From assembly GCA_051294905.1 (NCBI GenBank), contig CM119371.1:28398001-28462000 (forward strand): a stretch of DNA of 64,000 bases, given 5' to 3'. The DNA is from Botryllus schlosseri (lineage: Eukaryota). The position numbers and the translations under genes were made by a program. The first letter of the stretch is position 1, and every line of letters begins with the position of its first letter. Below are positions 50,481 through 63,176 of this stretch, piece by piece. The notes under the pieces are model-generated. The model saw only the letters and a list, made by a program, of their open reading frames with translations, was not told the DNA's origin and did no database searches.

Positions 50481-51302
50481 CAGTGTTTCTCAACCGGGGG
50501 TTCGCGGACACTACCAGGGGGTCCGCGAAGCCTCTAAATTTGCAAATTGAATAATATCCTAATTTATATTTTTTTATTTTAGCGGAATCACGAGGCAGTT
50601 TGTGGCTCATTACGGCTAAAAATTAATGATTCGCATCAACAGAAAGGCCGTCTTCGATTAAATATTCTACTGTGAAAACTCATTTTAATAGCTAATAGCC
50701 AACTGATACAAACATATCGATTTTTCGAGACGTTTTGTTGAGGATAGTGGAAACAAATAGAAGTTGGAGTTGTAAGATCGAGAAGGGTGACAGGTGACTT
50801 CGAAATGTTTTTAAAAATCCATTATCACCTTAGATATACATAGCCGCTATTCCATAATAACTTCAAGATGAGCTGCTAGATAGAAAAGACTAGGCTGGAC
50901 GTTATATGTTCGTTAAAAAATCTGCTTCCTTATTTTGGTGCTATTGCCACATATGTTGCGACCATACTTACAGGTATCATTGTAAACGTTCCCCGTTAAT
51001 ATTACATCCGCCACCGCCTATCTTTGTGGAATTGTGGAATTTCAAGACGTGACCACGTATTAAAGAAATGCAGCTGCAGAATGAGCTTTGAAATAAAATA
51101 ACTCCACCCAATTTTTACATAAATATTATGATGTTATTATCAAGAAAGGTCATTTTGTTGGTGTGTATAACAGCCTGTACAGTTATATTGGCATAAGAAA
51201 TATGACGGTTGGACGATAATAGTGCTAAATAAAAAAAAACGTGGAGGTCCGCGGGGATTCATGTGGAACCTCACGTGGAGCCAAAAAGGTTGATAACCAC
51301 TG
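50481..51302. mobile_element. hAT non-autonomous element
   Basis: CAGTGTTTCTCAACC...GGTTGATAACCACTG; TSD CATTAGAT. Confidence 0.85.
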
Positions 51303-53284
51303 CATTAGATTATGGTTATACATGTATATTGTTATAGATTGAAGTTTTTATGACCCGCGGAAATTTGGGGTTCCGCGAAGGCTTGCTGATCAGCGTAACT
51401 GTTCCGCGGATTACAAACGTTTAATAACCACTGCAATACATAATTGAACTTGCTGATGAATCCTCTCAACTTCGAAGCAACGCCTCATTGAAGTACATCA
51501 AAAAACTACGTTTCACTTGATTACAGCAAGTATGCATAACTTGTTGAAGTATATGCAAACAAAACTACTTGAGCAAGTGAAACAAGTAAATGAAACCTGA
51601 TTGAGTAATACGGAAAAGTAGAAGTATTTTGTCACCGATGACCACTATAAGCTTTTAGGGGTCGATGAAGATATTTGTTTTAGCTTGATAACGGGGGATG
51701 ACTGAGAACGTCTTCAAATGGCTGGTTTAGGCACTATCTGAGTTTCCGATCACTACCGTAGTCAGGGTTGTATTTAAAACAAATTGTTGTTTAAAACACT
51801 TTGTTTAAAACACGTTTTGAACAGTGTTTTAAACAAAGGTCTTTTTTTTATTGTGTTTTTAAGTTGCAAAAAAACATGTTGTATGAGCCTACGCACGACG
51901 ATTACTACCAGATATAGCCGACGTATACGATATGGAATGGTTAGAACCCTCGAAATAGTCGGTTCAACAACTATAGTATGCTACGTAGATATAGATCATT
52001 GGTACGGAAAGAATGTTCTGATGATGATGACCGCCGACCGTAAAAATGCTGCATAACGATGTAGTCCTGGTTAAGGATATTTTTAGTCCGTACATGACAG
52101 GGGTTCGAAGCCTATTTCGTTAAAGGAGCTATACTTACCTTATATTTTAATTGTGAATATCAATCCACTATGACGTTACAATTTAATGTGCGTGACGTCA
52201 TGGCTTAGAAAAAACATGTTTTTAACAAGGGCCTTGTTTTAAACACGTTTGTTTTAAATTGATATTTGTTTTAAACACAACCCTGCCTAAGAGTAGTACT
52301 GTATAGTAGCTATCGCCGAATGGAGGTGCAGCTTACGAAGTAAGGCTATTGATAGCTAAATAGGAGATGCCTTGTTTGCCATGGACCTTGTACACGAGTT
52401 CAGTAAGTCGTCATTTCACCCCTGGTTGGGAACCAGTGTATCGGACAGTAGTCTCATCCTATGGATACAATACCCTTTTTAAGTTTACATGGTGGGCAAA
52501 ACAGAATCCATAGGCATATCAATTTGTTGTTGTGCATAGGCACAATATTATAAAATCCTCCCAGAGTATACTGATGAATAATATGTTTTCCTCATAGGTA
52601 GGGGCGCAATGAGTCAATCGTTATCAAATTTGCCGTAACGAATATCGATACGAACAACAATGAGCCATGGCTGCGAGCAGCTGGCCTGTCGAGTCGCAGG
52701 TGCGGTAGTGTGTTGTGGTTTCGTCACTCATGAGTGGTTTGATGTCATTTCTCTCATTCTCATGGACATTACAGTCACATTATGCGCTACTCGGCTACTG
52801 AATAATATCCGGAATCATTCATGTCTAGTTGAAATTTCAAATTTGAGATTGAGGAGTTGATTTTCAAATGCTAAGTCACTAGGAGTTACAATTACTGCCA
52901 TTGCTATACTAGCAGCGTAAATCCATGTACATTGTACAATGTACCAGGACCAGCACTACTTACAAAACCACAAATATTGCAATATGTAGTTGAATATGTT
53001 CGATCGACAGATAGAGCCAGGAACACCTATATATAAAGTTTATGTAGTAGGACTATGTTGCTTTCAAGTTCAAGTTCAAATTTATGCATAAAATTTCAAC
53101 CCCAAGGCATTTCGCATTTTCCGAGTCGGAAATAGGTTGACCTGCGGTTGGTTTTCTTTAAGTTTATTTTATGGTCAATAACTGGGATTTCGCGGAGTTG
53201 ACGGAAATAATATTGTGGGCTGTCTACTCATGCACTTTGTGTAGGCCTATTTGGTCACTGGTCACAGCACCCAGCTTAGCCGTA

Positions 53285-53900
53285 GACGACGAGTAAGAGA
53301 TATTAGAAGACATAATAAACGGAATGATTTCCATGTCGTGCAAGTTTGTATATAAATGATCGATCAAAGTCCTTGAATTACTAGCTATTCTAGTGGTAGC
53401 TTGGATATCATACGACAAAGACCGATTGATTTGACGGCATTGGAATGTGTGCCCGTGCCGCCTCCTTCGTATTTTCGAAGATCTATATTAATATCTCCCA
53501 CAATGAAAAAAATCTTTTTGCCACTGTTGACTTTGTCCATCGAGTGTTTTAACGCTTTCGTGAATTGCCACAACAGCCACGCTTAATGATTTATAAATTC
53601 CAATTGACCGATCAATTTCCAGCCACAACTCCTCGCAACCTTTGACATTCAGATTGTAGTGCGTACAACTCTCTTACGGAATTTATTCTTCAATGTAAAT
53701 TCCAACACGTCCGTACGATTTCGGTGCCGGGGTACACTCAAAGTTGTAGCCCGATATATGAACGTTCCGAGTTGGTTCATTCGAAAAGAGTATTTCTGAT
53801 ACTGCTACAACAGTAAGTAAGTTCAGTTTAGTAAAAAGTTCATTTAGTCGATCACGACGACAGGATTGTATCTCTTTAATATTTGTACCAAGGAAACTTA
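53285..53900 (-). pseudogene. LINE (CR1/L2-like) AP-endonuclease remnant
   Basis: Frameshifted motifs VAVSE, ISGYNF, CEELWLEI, FFIVGDINIDL, TRIASNSRTLIDHLYTN, typical of non-LTR APE domains. Confidence 0.75.
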
Positions 53901-54837
53901 TCTGTTTGTATTTGAGGGCTTGTAGAAGTGATGCTGTTTTTGTTATAGTTTGAATTACACTTATTAATAAGCGGGAAGCTGTTGTTATTCATGATTCCGA
54001 GTTGACCCAGATCCCACGTCGGAATGTTATAGCTAAGTGTGCGGTCGCGTTTTTTATTTCGGATTCACGCAACGCCGAGTTAATCCAATTACGCCGGCCT
54101 AATCCGCTGGGACGCGAACGCTTACAATAACATCAGCAGCATGAATTGAAGAGTTATCACAAACCGTTATTAGTTGCCAATATCAGGTAACGTCAGACCA
54201 GGTTGCTGTTAATAATTGTCCGCAGATTGGCAAGATATTGTAGTCAATGACAATCCCCGATACGGAAATTTTAATACAAAATTGATAAGTCGTATTTCGT
54301 ATTTCCTGATGCTATTTCCATCCTGTCTTTTCATTATATCGCAGTCTTGCGTTATTTTGAAACGATGAAATTCTAATAATGAACTGAACTGAACGTCATG
54401 AATACCATAAATACCAAAACAATTAACATCTGGCAGCCGGCACACAGCGGTGCTACGGCTGGATAGCGCTCGCTTCGACGATTACTGATCGATCAACGCC
54501 GTGTAGCTACAATAGTTTGTTATCGAAAGTCCCGAATAGCTCTTTATTCAATGTTATTCTGATAGACAACGATATAGCAACGGTACAGTTTGATCAGATC
54601 AGCAAATGTGCACTGCGTTAGAGAAAGTGAGAAGTAGCGTATTCATTATTTCATTAAAATTGAGATCTGATATCGTGGCGAACTAGCCGTCAAGTAGCTG
54701 ACACTGACAGATGTCGCAGTGATTCTCATCTCAGCATTTGAATAACGGTAGCATGATTCGTAGGATGGAGCCAACATCATAGTTTCTTGAAGAAATGTTT
54801 GGGGCCAATGAAAATTGTCTTCCCTTACGCATCTCAA

Positions 54838-54960
54838 AATATGGTAATCCTGCGTAAAGTCTTTTTGCTGACATAGAGGAGCATTACACGCTGCATAATG
54901 GTAACGACATAGTCGAAATGCATAAAGTCTACGGACCCGCTTGCAGGTCATATCATCACA
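54838..54960 (-). pseudogene. Possible piggyBac C-terminal cysteine-rich domain remnant
   Basis: CRYHYAACNAPLCQQKDFTQDYH resembles the RYxCxxCxVPLC...FxxYH end of piggyBac transposases. Confidence 0.4.
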
Positions 54961-55274
54961 GTCTCAGATATTGCAGATAGCGTCCTAGCGAACACAGCTG
55001 CTTTTGAAGTTTATCGTATATAAAACTTTTTTTATGATTGTCATGTTCCAGTTTTGTGTTATTTTATATGTAAACTTCGATTGGCATGCTTTTCAGACGG
55101 GCGATGTTCATTTGTCGTGCGTCAGCTGATTATTAATATCCTCTGAAAATCAGTCTTTAACTGTTTTCCTTTTGCTCGTAATAGTTCATAATCGCTGTCT
55201 GAGAGGAAGTGTCACAAAATCAAAGCGTATAGAGCTTTGATTAAAAATTTATAGAGTTATAGACCTCTCTATAC

Positions 55275-55487
55275 TTGACTTCAGAATTACGACACCTTGA
55301 TGTTGGAGGTTTACCTAGGCTCCTCCTCGCCACATCATCCGCGTAAGCGGTGTCTTACAAAAAGCCTAGAGGTGGGCCGTGCTATAAGTCGGCAGTTACG
55401 GAAAATAATGAACAATATCGACCTGGTGTAAATGACCTTAGTAGTCGACAAACACCATTAATACCACAAACATACAAACAAACAGAT
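55275..55487 (+). mobile_element. SINE body and tail, same family as the split SINE (empty GTCGAC site)
   Basis: GCGGTGTCTTACAAAAAGCCT...CCTGGTGTAAATG...AGTAGTCGACAAACACC...ACAAACAAACA with a single GTCGAC at 55444-55449. Other diverged copies at ~10705-10905(-), ~59970-60140(-) and a head at ~61335-61415(-). Confidence 0.75.
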
Positions 55488-55605
55488 GTGTATACGGAAA
55501 CCATGTTTATCGGACCAACCTGGACGTAACTCTGTTGTGCTATTTTCTTACATCGATTTTGTTTACATCAACTATTAGCCCATCCACATGCTCAGCTCTG
55601 TAGAT

Positions 55606-56778
55606 CAATGGTTCCCAACCTTTTTGTTTTCATTCCCCACTTCGGATTTTTTCCTAGCCTTCATTCCCCACCAGGACCATAACAGCACTTTGTCACCCCC
55701 GCCAAAAACGTTGGTCTTGGGCCCCCAGAGCCCCGCTGAGCCTGTACTCTATTTCCCTGCAACTTATCAGCTACATTGGGTCTACTGTTTAGTGCGTTGC
55801 CTTATTTCTACTAATTGCGCGAAGCGCGAAAAATTCATATAATTTATGTTTGAATTGGCCAATATGATCGGAAATTGCATATATTTTGCTATCAATTTTT
55901 ATTCCCTCTCTGCTCACGTAATTATATTTACCGGTAGAGCTGAGTGAGGTGTTTTGGAAAAGGTAGGACCCTGAAGAATTGAACATCTTCGGGCGTACCC
56001 GTTGATATATTGACTTCGCTATTTCGTGGCCTCCTACATCTGCTATATCAAAAGATACGGAAGTCGACAAAACTAAAAGGCACACACGATTTCAAATTGG
56101 TATTGCTTTACTGGCAAATAACTTTTCCCTGCGGGATGGCATTTGTCCTGTGGGGTTCAGATCGCCAGGACAGGAGCATTCGGCGCCAGCGATTTAGCCA
56201 ATTAAACATATATGTATATTGTATATATATCGATGTTTCGGGTACCCAATAATCCGATATTTCGCAATATTAAATCGCGCACCAAGCGCGAATTTTTTTT
56301 TGAAAAAGTGACATGGGGGGAGGGTTTCGGGTGCGGCAGTTACGGTCCTGTTCCCCACTACCCAGCACTTTTGTCATTACAGAGCAGCTATTTGCTGGTT
56401 TGACTACACAAGACACACAACCACACCAGTACGCAAGACAATCGCCTATAACTGCAACATAAAACGTATTGTGAACCGATACCAGTAACGCTCAAAATTT
56501 TGCCAAAGCGTTACTTCAAGTCAAACTAGTCGTGCTGGATGCGTTTGTGACGTCTTTATCGGCTATTCCGAGTTAAAAATGAGGTTTTGTGTACAATACG
56601 CAATATAATTTTCGATACATACATTCCAGAGCAGTTAACTGGTAATGGTAATTGCGCATGTGTCTCCATGAATATGTAGACTGGCATGTATATAATTTTG
56701 AACAAATGCGTCTATTCCCCACCAGAAACTATTGAATTCCCCACCAGTGAGGAATTCCCCACCGTTTGGGAACCACTG
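55606..56778. mobile_element. hAT non-autonomous element
   Basis: CAATGGTTCCCAAC...GTTTGGGAACCACTG; TSD CTGTAGAT; ATTCCCCACCAG subterminal motifs. Confidence 0.8.
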
Positions 56779-57410
56779 CTGTAGATGCTTAATGCTTTCT
56801 AATAGAAATTGGTATTTAAGTATAGATCCTCATCACTGCCGCGAAGAAAATTGCATAAAATAACTACTCATAGTTGTTTCGGTACCCTCCTATCTTTTCA
56901 TTGCATCGCAATCTTGTGGTGTATTGATTAGATATTTTTTAAATGATGTCGATGATGATAACAACTATGCGATGTAAACTCTGTATGATCGTAACAGATT
57001 ATTTCGAAAATAGTAGCTATTTACATGGCCATTAGTTAATCTGTAGTTTTGGCATTCTCTGAAAATCAGTACTATACTTGTCATCAATTAGAAATTACCG
57101 GTTTATAGTTGTAGGGCTACTTCTAGTTAAGTGCTAGCAATAACTACTTTGGCCTCCTCGGATTGTGTTGCAGCGAAATATGATCTTCTGTGGTGACGAA
57201 GGGTATTTTCATGCTGAAATAATTTGAAACTTTGGGCGCGATAAATAATGAAAGGCTTATGTATCAGTCAATCAGACCTTGTTATTTAAAACTGCTGGTA
57301 AATCTTGACAATTACACGTTCGAATGAAAACCGTGTATGCATATTGAGCCAACCTGGACCATGTTCAGATGTGGTTAGTCATGAAATCCGTTAAGATTAG
57401 TGAATTAGCC

Positions 57411-59036
57411 CAGTGGTTCTCAACCGCCGGTCCGCGGACCGGTGCCGGTCCGCGACGACATTCCTGCCGGTCCGCGAGGTATATTACAATTTTATACTTT
57501 AATTTCAAGATGCAATGCTGAAAGCTTGTCCTTTGATAAAATAAATAAAACATCTAATTTTAAACTGATTTATTACTTCGTGAGGTGACATTAGGGCGGG
57601 AAACATGTTCGATTTGACTTAAAGTTCAAGACGTTTCATTTGACGACATGCGAGCGACAAATACATAACAGATACGAGCTCACTCATCGCTAAGCAGCGC
57701 AGTTTGATCATTGGTTTTCGATTCATTTATTTTGTGCAGGACCGTAACTGGGGCACCCCAAACTGCTCAATTGGAGAGGGGCCGAGCTTGAAAAGGGCCC
57801 AAAATTATTTCGCAAATGAACATGAATCATAACGTTATATTTGAAACTTTTTCCAGCATTTTTCAATTTCTTTTCGGGCTTTGCACGATTTAGTGTCCCT
57901 AAATGTCTTTCTTATTAGGTGCCCTTCTCCGAGAAATACGCATGATTTATAGGCATTTCGGCGTCAGCCATTACAGCACCACGACGTATCCATACATAAT
58001 GAAGTTTAAGTTATCATATGGGACTCCGAAATTTTGACCAAAAATTCGACCGCGAGAAGACCGCCTCAGTCTTGAATGATCGAAAATTTTCGCTATTGTC
58101 GCGATAAGACAGAGATATGGTATTCTTTTTCGCCTGCACCATCGAGATGCTTTGACGACGGAGTTGCGATACGGCCCCATGAGGTCATCTAGTCTGCGCC
58201 CCCGTTTTTTTCTCTCCTCCATGCTATCCGTGATTGCTGAGCGCCTAGCAGGATAGCTGCGGATACCAATTTTCGAGTCTTTGGTATGACCCGGCCGGGG
58301 ATCGAACCCACGACCTACCGCTCGAGAAGCCGGACGCATAACCATTACACTATCTCGCTACGTAAACTCTCTGCTTACGCTGAGTAGAATGGATGTGATC
58401 ACAAGTACAGGTGAAAACATCCACCCAAGTGTAGGGTCTTGGGGCGAAGCCCCCGGAAGTGTGGCTTATTTCCCTGTGGGGGATCCAAGACCAACGTTTT
58501 TGGGGGTGGACTGACGAAGTGCTTTTTCGGCCCGGATTTGCGGATGGCCGGTATAGCTGCTGTAATGTGTTTTCTTACGGCACGCATTGTATTCGTAGTT
58601 GCCAGAGTAGCCTGCGGCTGGTGGCAGTGGGAAAAAGCAAGGTAGCACGACAAGGTGCTTGGTTCGACTCCGATACGCTTCTTCTCTTGATATTGTCAAA
58701 GAGAAGAATATTATTGGAGTTGGCGTGGCCGTTTAAACCCACGGCCTTCGGCGCGAATGACTGTAAACGACTCTCGGCGGTAGCACGTTTATCTGGACAA
58801 GGCAAATTTACCTCGAGTCGGCAGACTCACTACCGTAAAATCACATGGATGCCATCATGAATATAATTAAATACGATCAAAACCCTCGAAATGTCACCCT
58901 CTAACATCATATAATTGCAAAAAACGGTTGCATACTTTACATTTTGGCTTCATTACAATTTTGACAGTTCACCGGTCCGCCAGACATTTTTTGAAATTTT
59001 ACCGGTCCGCGAGGTGAAAAAGGTTGAGAACCACTG
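57411..59036. mobile_element. hAT non-autonomous element with nested SINE
   Basis: CAGTGGTTCTCAACC...GGTTGAGAACCACTG; TSD AATTAGCC; CCGGTCCGC subterminal motifs. Confidence 0.85.
58060..58362 (-). mobile_element. tRNA-derived SINE with a core resembling Meta/MESC-type SINEs
   Basis: Minus strand: GTAGCGAGATAGTGTAATGG...GGTTCGATCCCCGGCCGGGTCATACCAAAGACTCGAAAATTGGTATCCGCAGCTATCCTGCTAGGCGCTCAGCA. A/B boxes are seen directly; the core assignment is from memory and the 3' end is approximate. Confidence 0.65.
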
Positions 59037-61557
59037 AATTAGCCTACTCAGTAGGAGTTGTTCATTTTGACTATAGTAGCCCAATCGCGTGCTCAAGTTT
59101 ATACAATTAAATAGTATATTCATATTGAAATGAACCCGAATATTTTCGGCTGACACTCGTCAGGGGTAATCGTCAGCAACTAGTAGAGAATTGGAAAGAA
59201 CATTGTATATCAACAATCGTATCACAAAATATGACGTCACCAGCATGAAATTTCGAATGAGAGAGCGTTCAATGTACTATTTTTAGGTGATACACGAACT
59301 CCTTTTGTTCACAGAGTTTTGGTTGGTGTATTTTGATAAAAGTTGATTCCAAGGCACACAAATGGAATTGTGAACGGCCTCGACCTACGATTCGAGTTTA
59401 TATAGAATATTCCCCCGCCACTTCCAACAGATTTCAAACAAATTCACCTATGTTTCGTGTTGTTGATGAAGCTGCTTCCGTGTAGAAAATAGTATTTCGA
59501 TAGATTAGCATCACTGTCACAAGAGTAATTGCATAACAACCATGCGATGTAGACTCTGTGTGATGGCATCGAATTGTTTGAAAACAGCAGCAATTTCCGT
59601 GGTCATTAGTCCAGAGGTGGTCAAAGTAGTCACTCTCGCTACTCAAGTAGAAGTATAAGCAACGCCGTAATTTTTTACTGAAGTTTAAGGAGAAGTATTC
59701 TAAGCCTAGTTTTGCCTAGAAAACTGAAAACTGTCTAGCTCTAGCAGATGCACAAATAGCCTAAAATAATAACCACTTTAAGAAGCAGTGCAGGTAAACA
59801 GATTCTACTTGAAGCACATCGAATGTAGAAGCACTTCGTTACTGCCTACCTATGCATTGGTCATTCTGCGCTGATCGTGAAGATGCATATATAATATACC
59901 TTCAGACTACTTACTTACACGTGTCTACTTGACCGCATGTGGCTCTGTTCTATCGAATAGTGATCTTGTCGTTTGTTCTTGTAGTTGTTGTGGTATTCAT
60001 GGTTCTTGTCGACTACTTTAGTGCAATATGCCAACTTCCATCATTTTTATTCAGTATAGCTGCGGACTTGTAGCACGGCAAACTTCAAGATTTTTATAAC
60101 ACACCGCCTACACGGATGGAACGGTGACGAGGAGTCTATATATCAGGGGTCACCTTGCACGCGGCCCGCGACCTGATTTGAAATTTCGGAAGAATGCTTA
60201 GTAAAGCATTTTAAAATTCTGAAATTGGAGATTGGAGATTGGAGATTGTTTCCAAGCAAACAACTAATGTCAATATCGATTCTTTAGTCCAGTGGGGGGC
60301 AACCTTCTGCAGTAGAAGACAAATTATATGCCCCCGTCGATACTTCATTATATTACAGTGGTTCCCAACCTGAGGGCGCGTCACCCTTGGGGGCGTGAAA
60401 GCTCTGAAGGGGACCCAAAAAAGCGGTCAACTGAAAAAAGAATTCGCGCATTGCGCGATTTACCTCCAATTCGTGCGTGTTTCTCCATATATACACCGAA
60501 TTTCATATTTTTCAATTCTCTCATCAACAGTTAGCCTTCCATGCCATGAACAATCTGTTGGGGTTGCTAGCATCCGGGTTGGATTTTGTGATATGACAAT
60601 AAGGGGCGCGGAATTTTACACCATCATTAAGGGGGGCGTGTCTAAAAAAAGGTTGGGAACCACTTAATTAGGATGTGTTGGCTGCTGTCCATATGCGAAT
60701 TGAATTTACGAATTGATATCCTAATTAATGAGAGGTTTGAAGTATTCTTGAAATCTTCTTCGCTCTATGCGCGGTCCAATGCGAGTTGTTTCTCGATTTT
60801 AATATAGTATTATAGTGGCCTTTGTAATCTAAGTCCCAAAGTACAGATGCGCACAGCAGAGGAAAATGAAGTGCCCCATCAAGAATTACCAATTTGTAAT
60901 CGTTTTCTCGTCATCACGAAGGAAATCTATTTCTGGTAGGCGTAAATTTGGGTGAATCCAAAATCTATCCACTATTCCGACAATCCTGATGGGAGGTCAA
61001 GACACAACAGCATGCGACAAAGAGAACTAATGGCAATTGGCCCAATCAAAGATGCAGCACCGCAGCATTAATAACTTCCCTACATTTTCGAAGACATCCC
61101 CTGCATCAACTCTACCGGTGAATCTGATCACATGGGCTGAGAAAGGACGAATATTTGATAGTAATAAGTGAAACTATACTTATATTATTGACGAAATACA
61201 ATCATGGATAACAAACAATTTTCGCGCTTGCGCAACTACGAAACGCGCATACGAATTTCGAAATGTGGTATGCGACCCATTTTAAGTTGGCGACCCCTGG
61301 TCTAAATAAATCTCCAACTCTTGGTTAGGAATTCTGGAGTCCAGCTCGGTCGGACTCGAAACCGCAATCCATTGGTGTTAAAAATGTGGGTTATATCACA
61401 ATGAAATCTCGCTACCTATAGAGATCTTATGTGACTTCAAAAGAGACTTTTCATGTAATCTTATGTTCATTTTAGAACGCTGCATTAGACAGGATTACAT
61501 TATATTAAATTATAGAAGCAGTGCAGTTAATAACAAATTTTTTTGGCCAAGTTGGAA

Positions 61558-62844
61558 ATGACCCATTCTCAAAGTCATAATGACCGCAATGAAAATAAAT
61601 GCAAGGTTTGCGGAGAAGGATTCATCAACCGGTCTAGCTTGGGACTACATATGAAATTTCACGCTGCACTCAACGACTTTGAGTGCTACATATGCGGAAA
61701 ATCATTCGTCACCAAATATTGCATGAAAATGCACATGAAAATTCACTCCGTTTCGAAAGAGTTTGAGTGCGACATATGTGGAAAAAGCTTTTTGCAAAAG
61801 TCATGCCTGAAAACTCATTTTACGCGCCACACGGGAAAGAAGGACTATAAGTGCGACATATGCGGGATGACATTCAGCAGCAACTCCGAAATGAGAGGAC
61901 ACGAAAAAATTCATTCCGCAGTAAAACAGTTTGAGTGCGAAATCTGCGGGAATGGCTTCGTAAGCAAGTCTACTTTTAGGGCACATTATTTGCGTCACAA
62001 AGGAGCGGCGAAAGATCACGAGTGTCAAATATGCGGGAAAGGTTTCGAAATAAAATCGAACCTGGAAAAACATTATTTGATTCACACCGGAGAAAAAGAA
62101 CACAAGTGCGACATCTGTGGGAAAGCTTTTCGTAGGAAGTCGCACATTAGGGAGCACATGAAGAGGATACACTCAAATACGAGAGAATATGAGTGCGATA
62201 TATGCGGGGAAGCTTTTGTGCACGAGTCTCACCTGAAATATCACTATTCCGTCCACATGGGACCAGGATACCTTTGTGAAGTATGTGGGAAACCGTTTGT
62301 TATCGAATCCAAGATGAGAAGACACATGAATAGTATGCACTTCAGATTGAAAGAGTTTGAGTGCGACATATGTGCGAGACCATTCGCCGCGAAATCCGTC
62401 ATGAGAAGACACATGAAACTTCACGCCGGATTGAAGGAGTGTGAATGTGAGATTTGTGGTAAAGCATTCCATTCGAAGTGGCACGCACAGAGACACACAG
62501 CGTCGGCTCACTTAGAAGCGAAAGGATATGAGTGCGACACATGCGGCAGTGTCTTTCGACATAAGTCTAACCTCGGAGCTCACTATTTCATCCACATGGA
62601 AAAGAAGTACCCGTGTGCAATCTGTGGGAAACTATTCAATGTCAAATCCTCATTGAAAAAACACACCAAGATTCACTTGGGAGTAAAAGACTATGAGTGC
62701 GAGATTTGCGGAAAGACATTTGGTTCAAGGAGTTGTATTGTCCGTCACTTCCGAGTTCACGGAATCGACAGGAAGAAAGGATGCGATGAGTCCGTAAAAC
62801 ATTTCAGAGGCGGGTCTCTTAAAAAAAATCACTTATCTAGATGA
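61558..62844 (+). CDS. Poly-C2H2 zinc-finger protein (ZF4), ~428 aa, 14 fingers plus degenerate tail
   Basis: ATG at 61558 (GAAATGACCCATTC, matching the ZF1 start context); the ORF track's TTG start at 61543 is not used. Paralogous to ZF1/ZF2. Confidence 0.9.
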   Translation: MTHSQSHNDRNENKCKVCGEGFINRSSLGLHMKFHAALNDFECYICGKSFVTKYCMKMHMKIHSVSKEFECDICGKSFLQKSCLKTHFTRHTGKKDYKCDICGMTFSSNSEMRGHEKIHSAVKQFECEICGNGFVSKSTFRAHYLRHKGAAKDHECQICGKGFEIKSNLEKHYLIHTGEKEHKCDICGKAFRRKSHIREHMKRIHSNTREYECDICGEAFVHESHLKYHYSVHMGPGYLCEVCGKPFVIESKMRRHMNSMHFRLKEFECDICARPFAAKSVMRRHMKLHAGLKECECEICGKAFHSKWHAQRHTASAHLEAKGYECDTCGSVFRHKSNLGAHYFIHMEKKYPCAICGKLFNVKSSLKKHTKIHLGVKDYECEICGKTFGSRSCIVRHFRVHGIDRKKGCDESVKHFRGGSLKKNHLSR

Positions 62845-63176
62845 CATGGTCCTAGACAATTGAATTAGTCACATTCAGTCGACTGAAATTGGAATCTGAC
62901 AGAACTACAATGACCGTGTTCTTTTCAAACGTACATTGGGGATTAGCCTACATGATATTAACAATAGCAATGGAATTCCACGCTCACGCTCGCTGATAGT
63001 CAGTAAGCGTTGCTTATGAGGATTTATCGACGATTCGTGCTTCTAGTTGTTTTTCCTATTTGTGATTCAGAACCATTCCGCATCGTCAGACTTTACAAAC
63101 TACTTGATTTTCAAATAGCGCAACCAAAACTAGAACTACTCGCTTTTCAAAACCCGCAACTAGAATTAGAACTAAC

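Noticed and set aside
39700..52650. A second giant TIR element carrying ZF3
   Set aside because: No defined termini or TSD seen, and the same blocks occur elsewhere in the window. Better explained as oppositely oriented paralogous gene units for ZF2 and ZF4.
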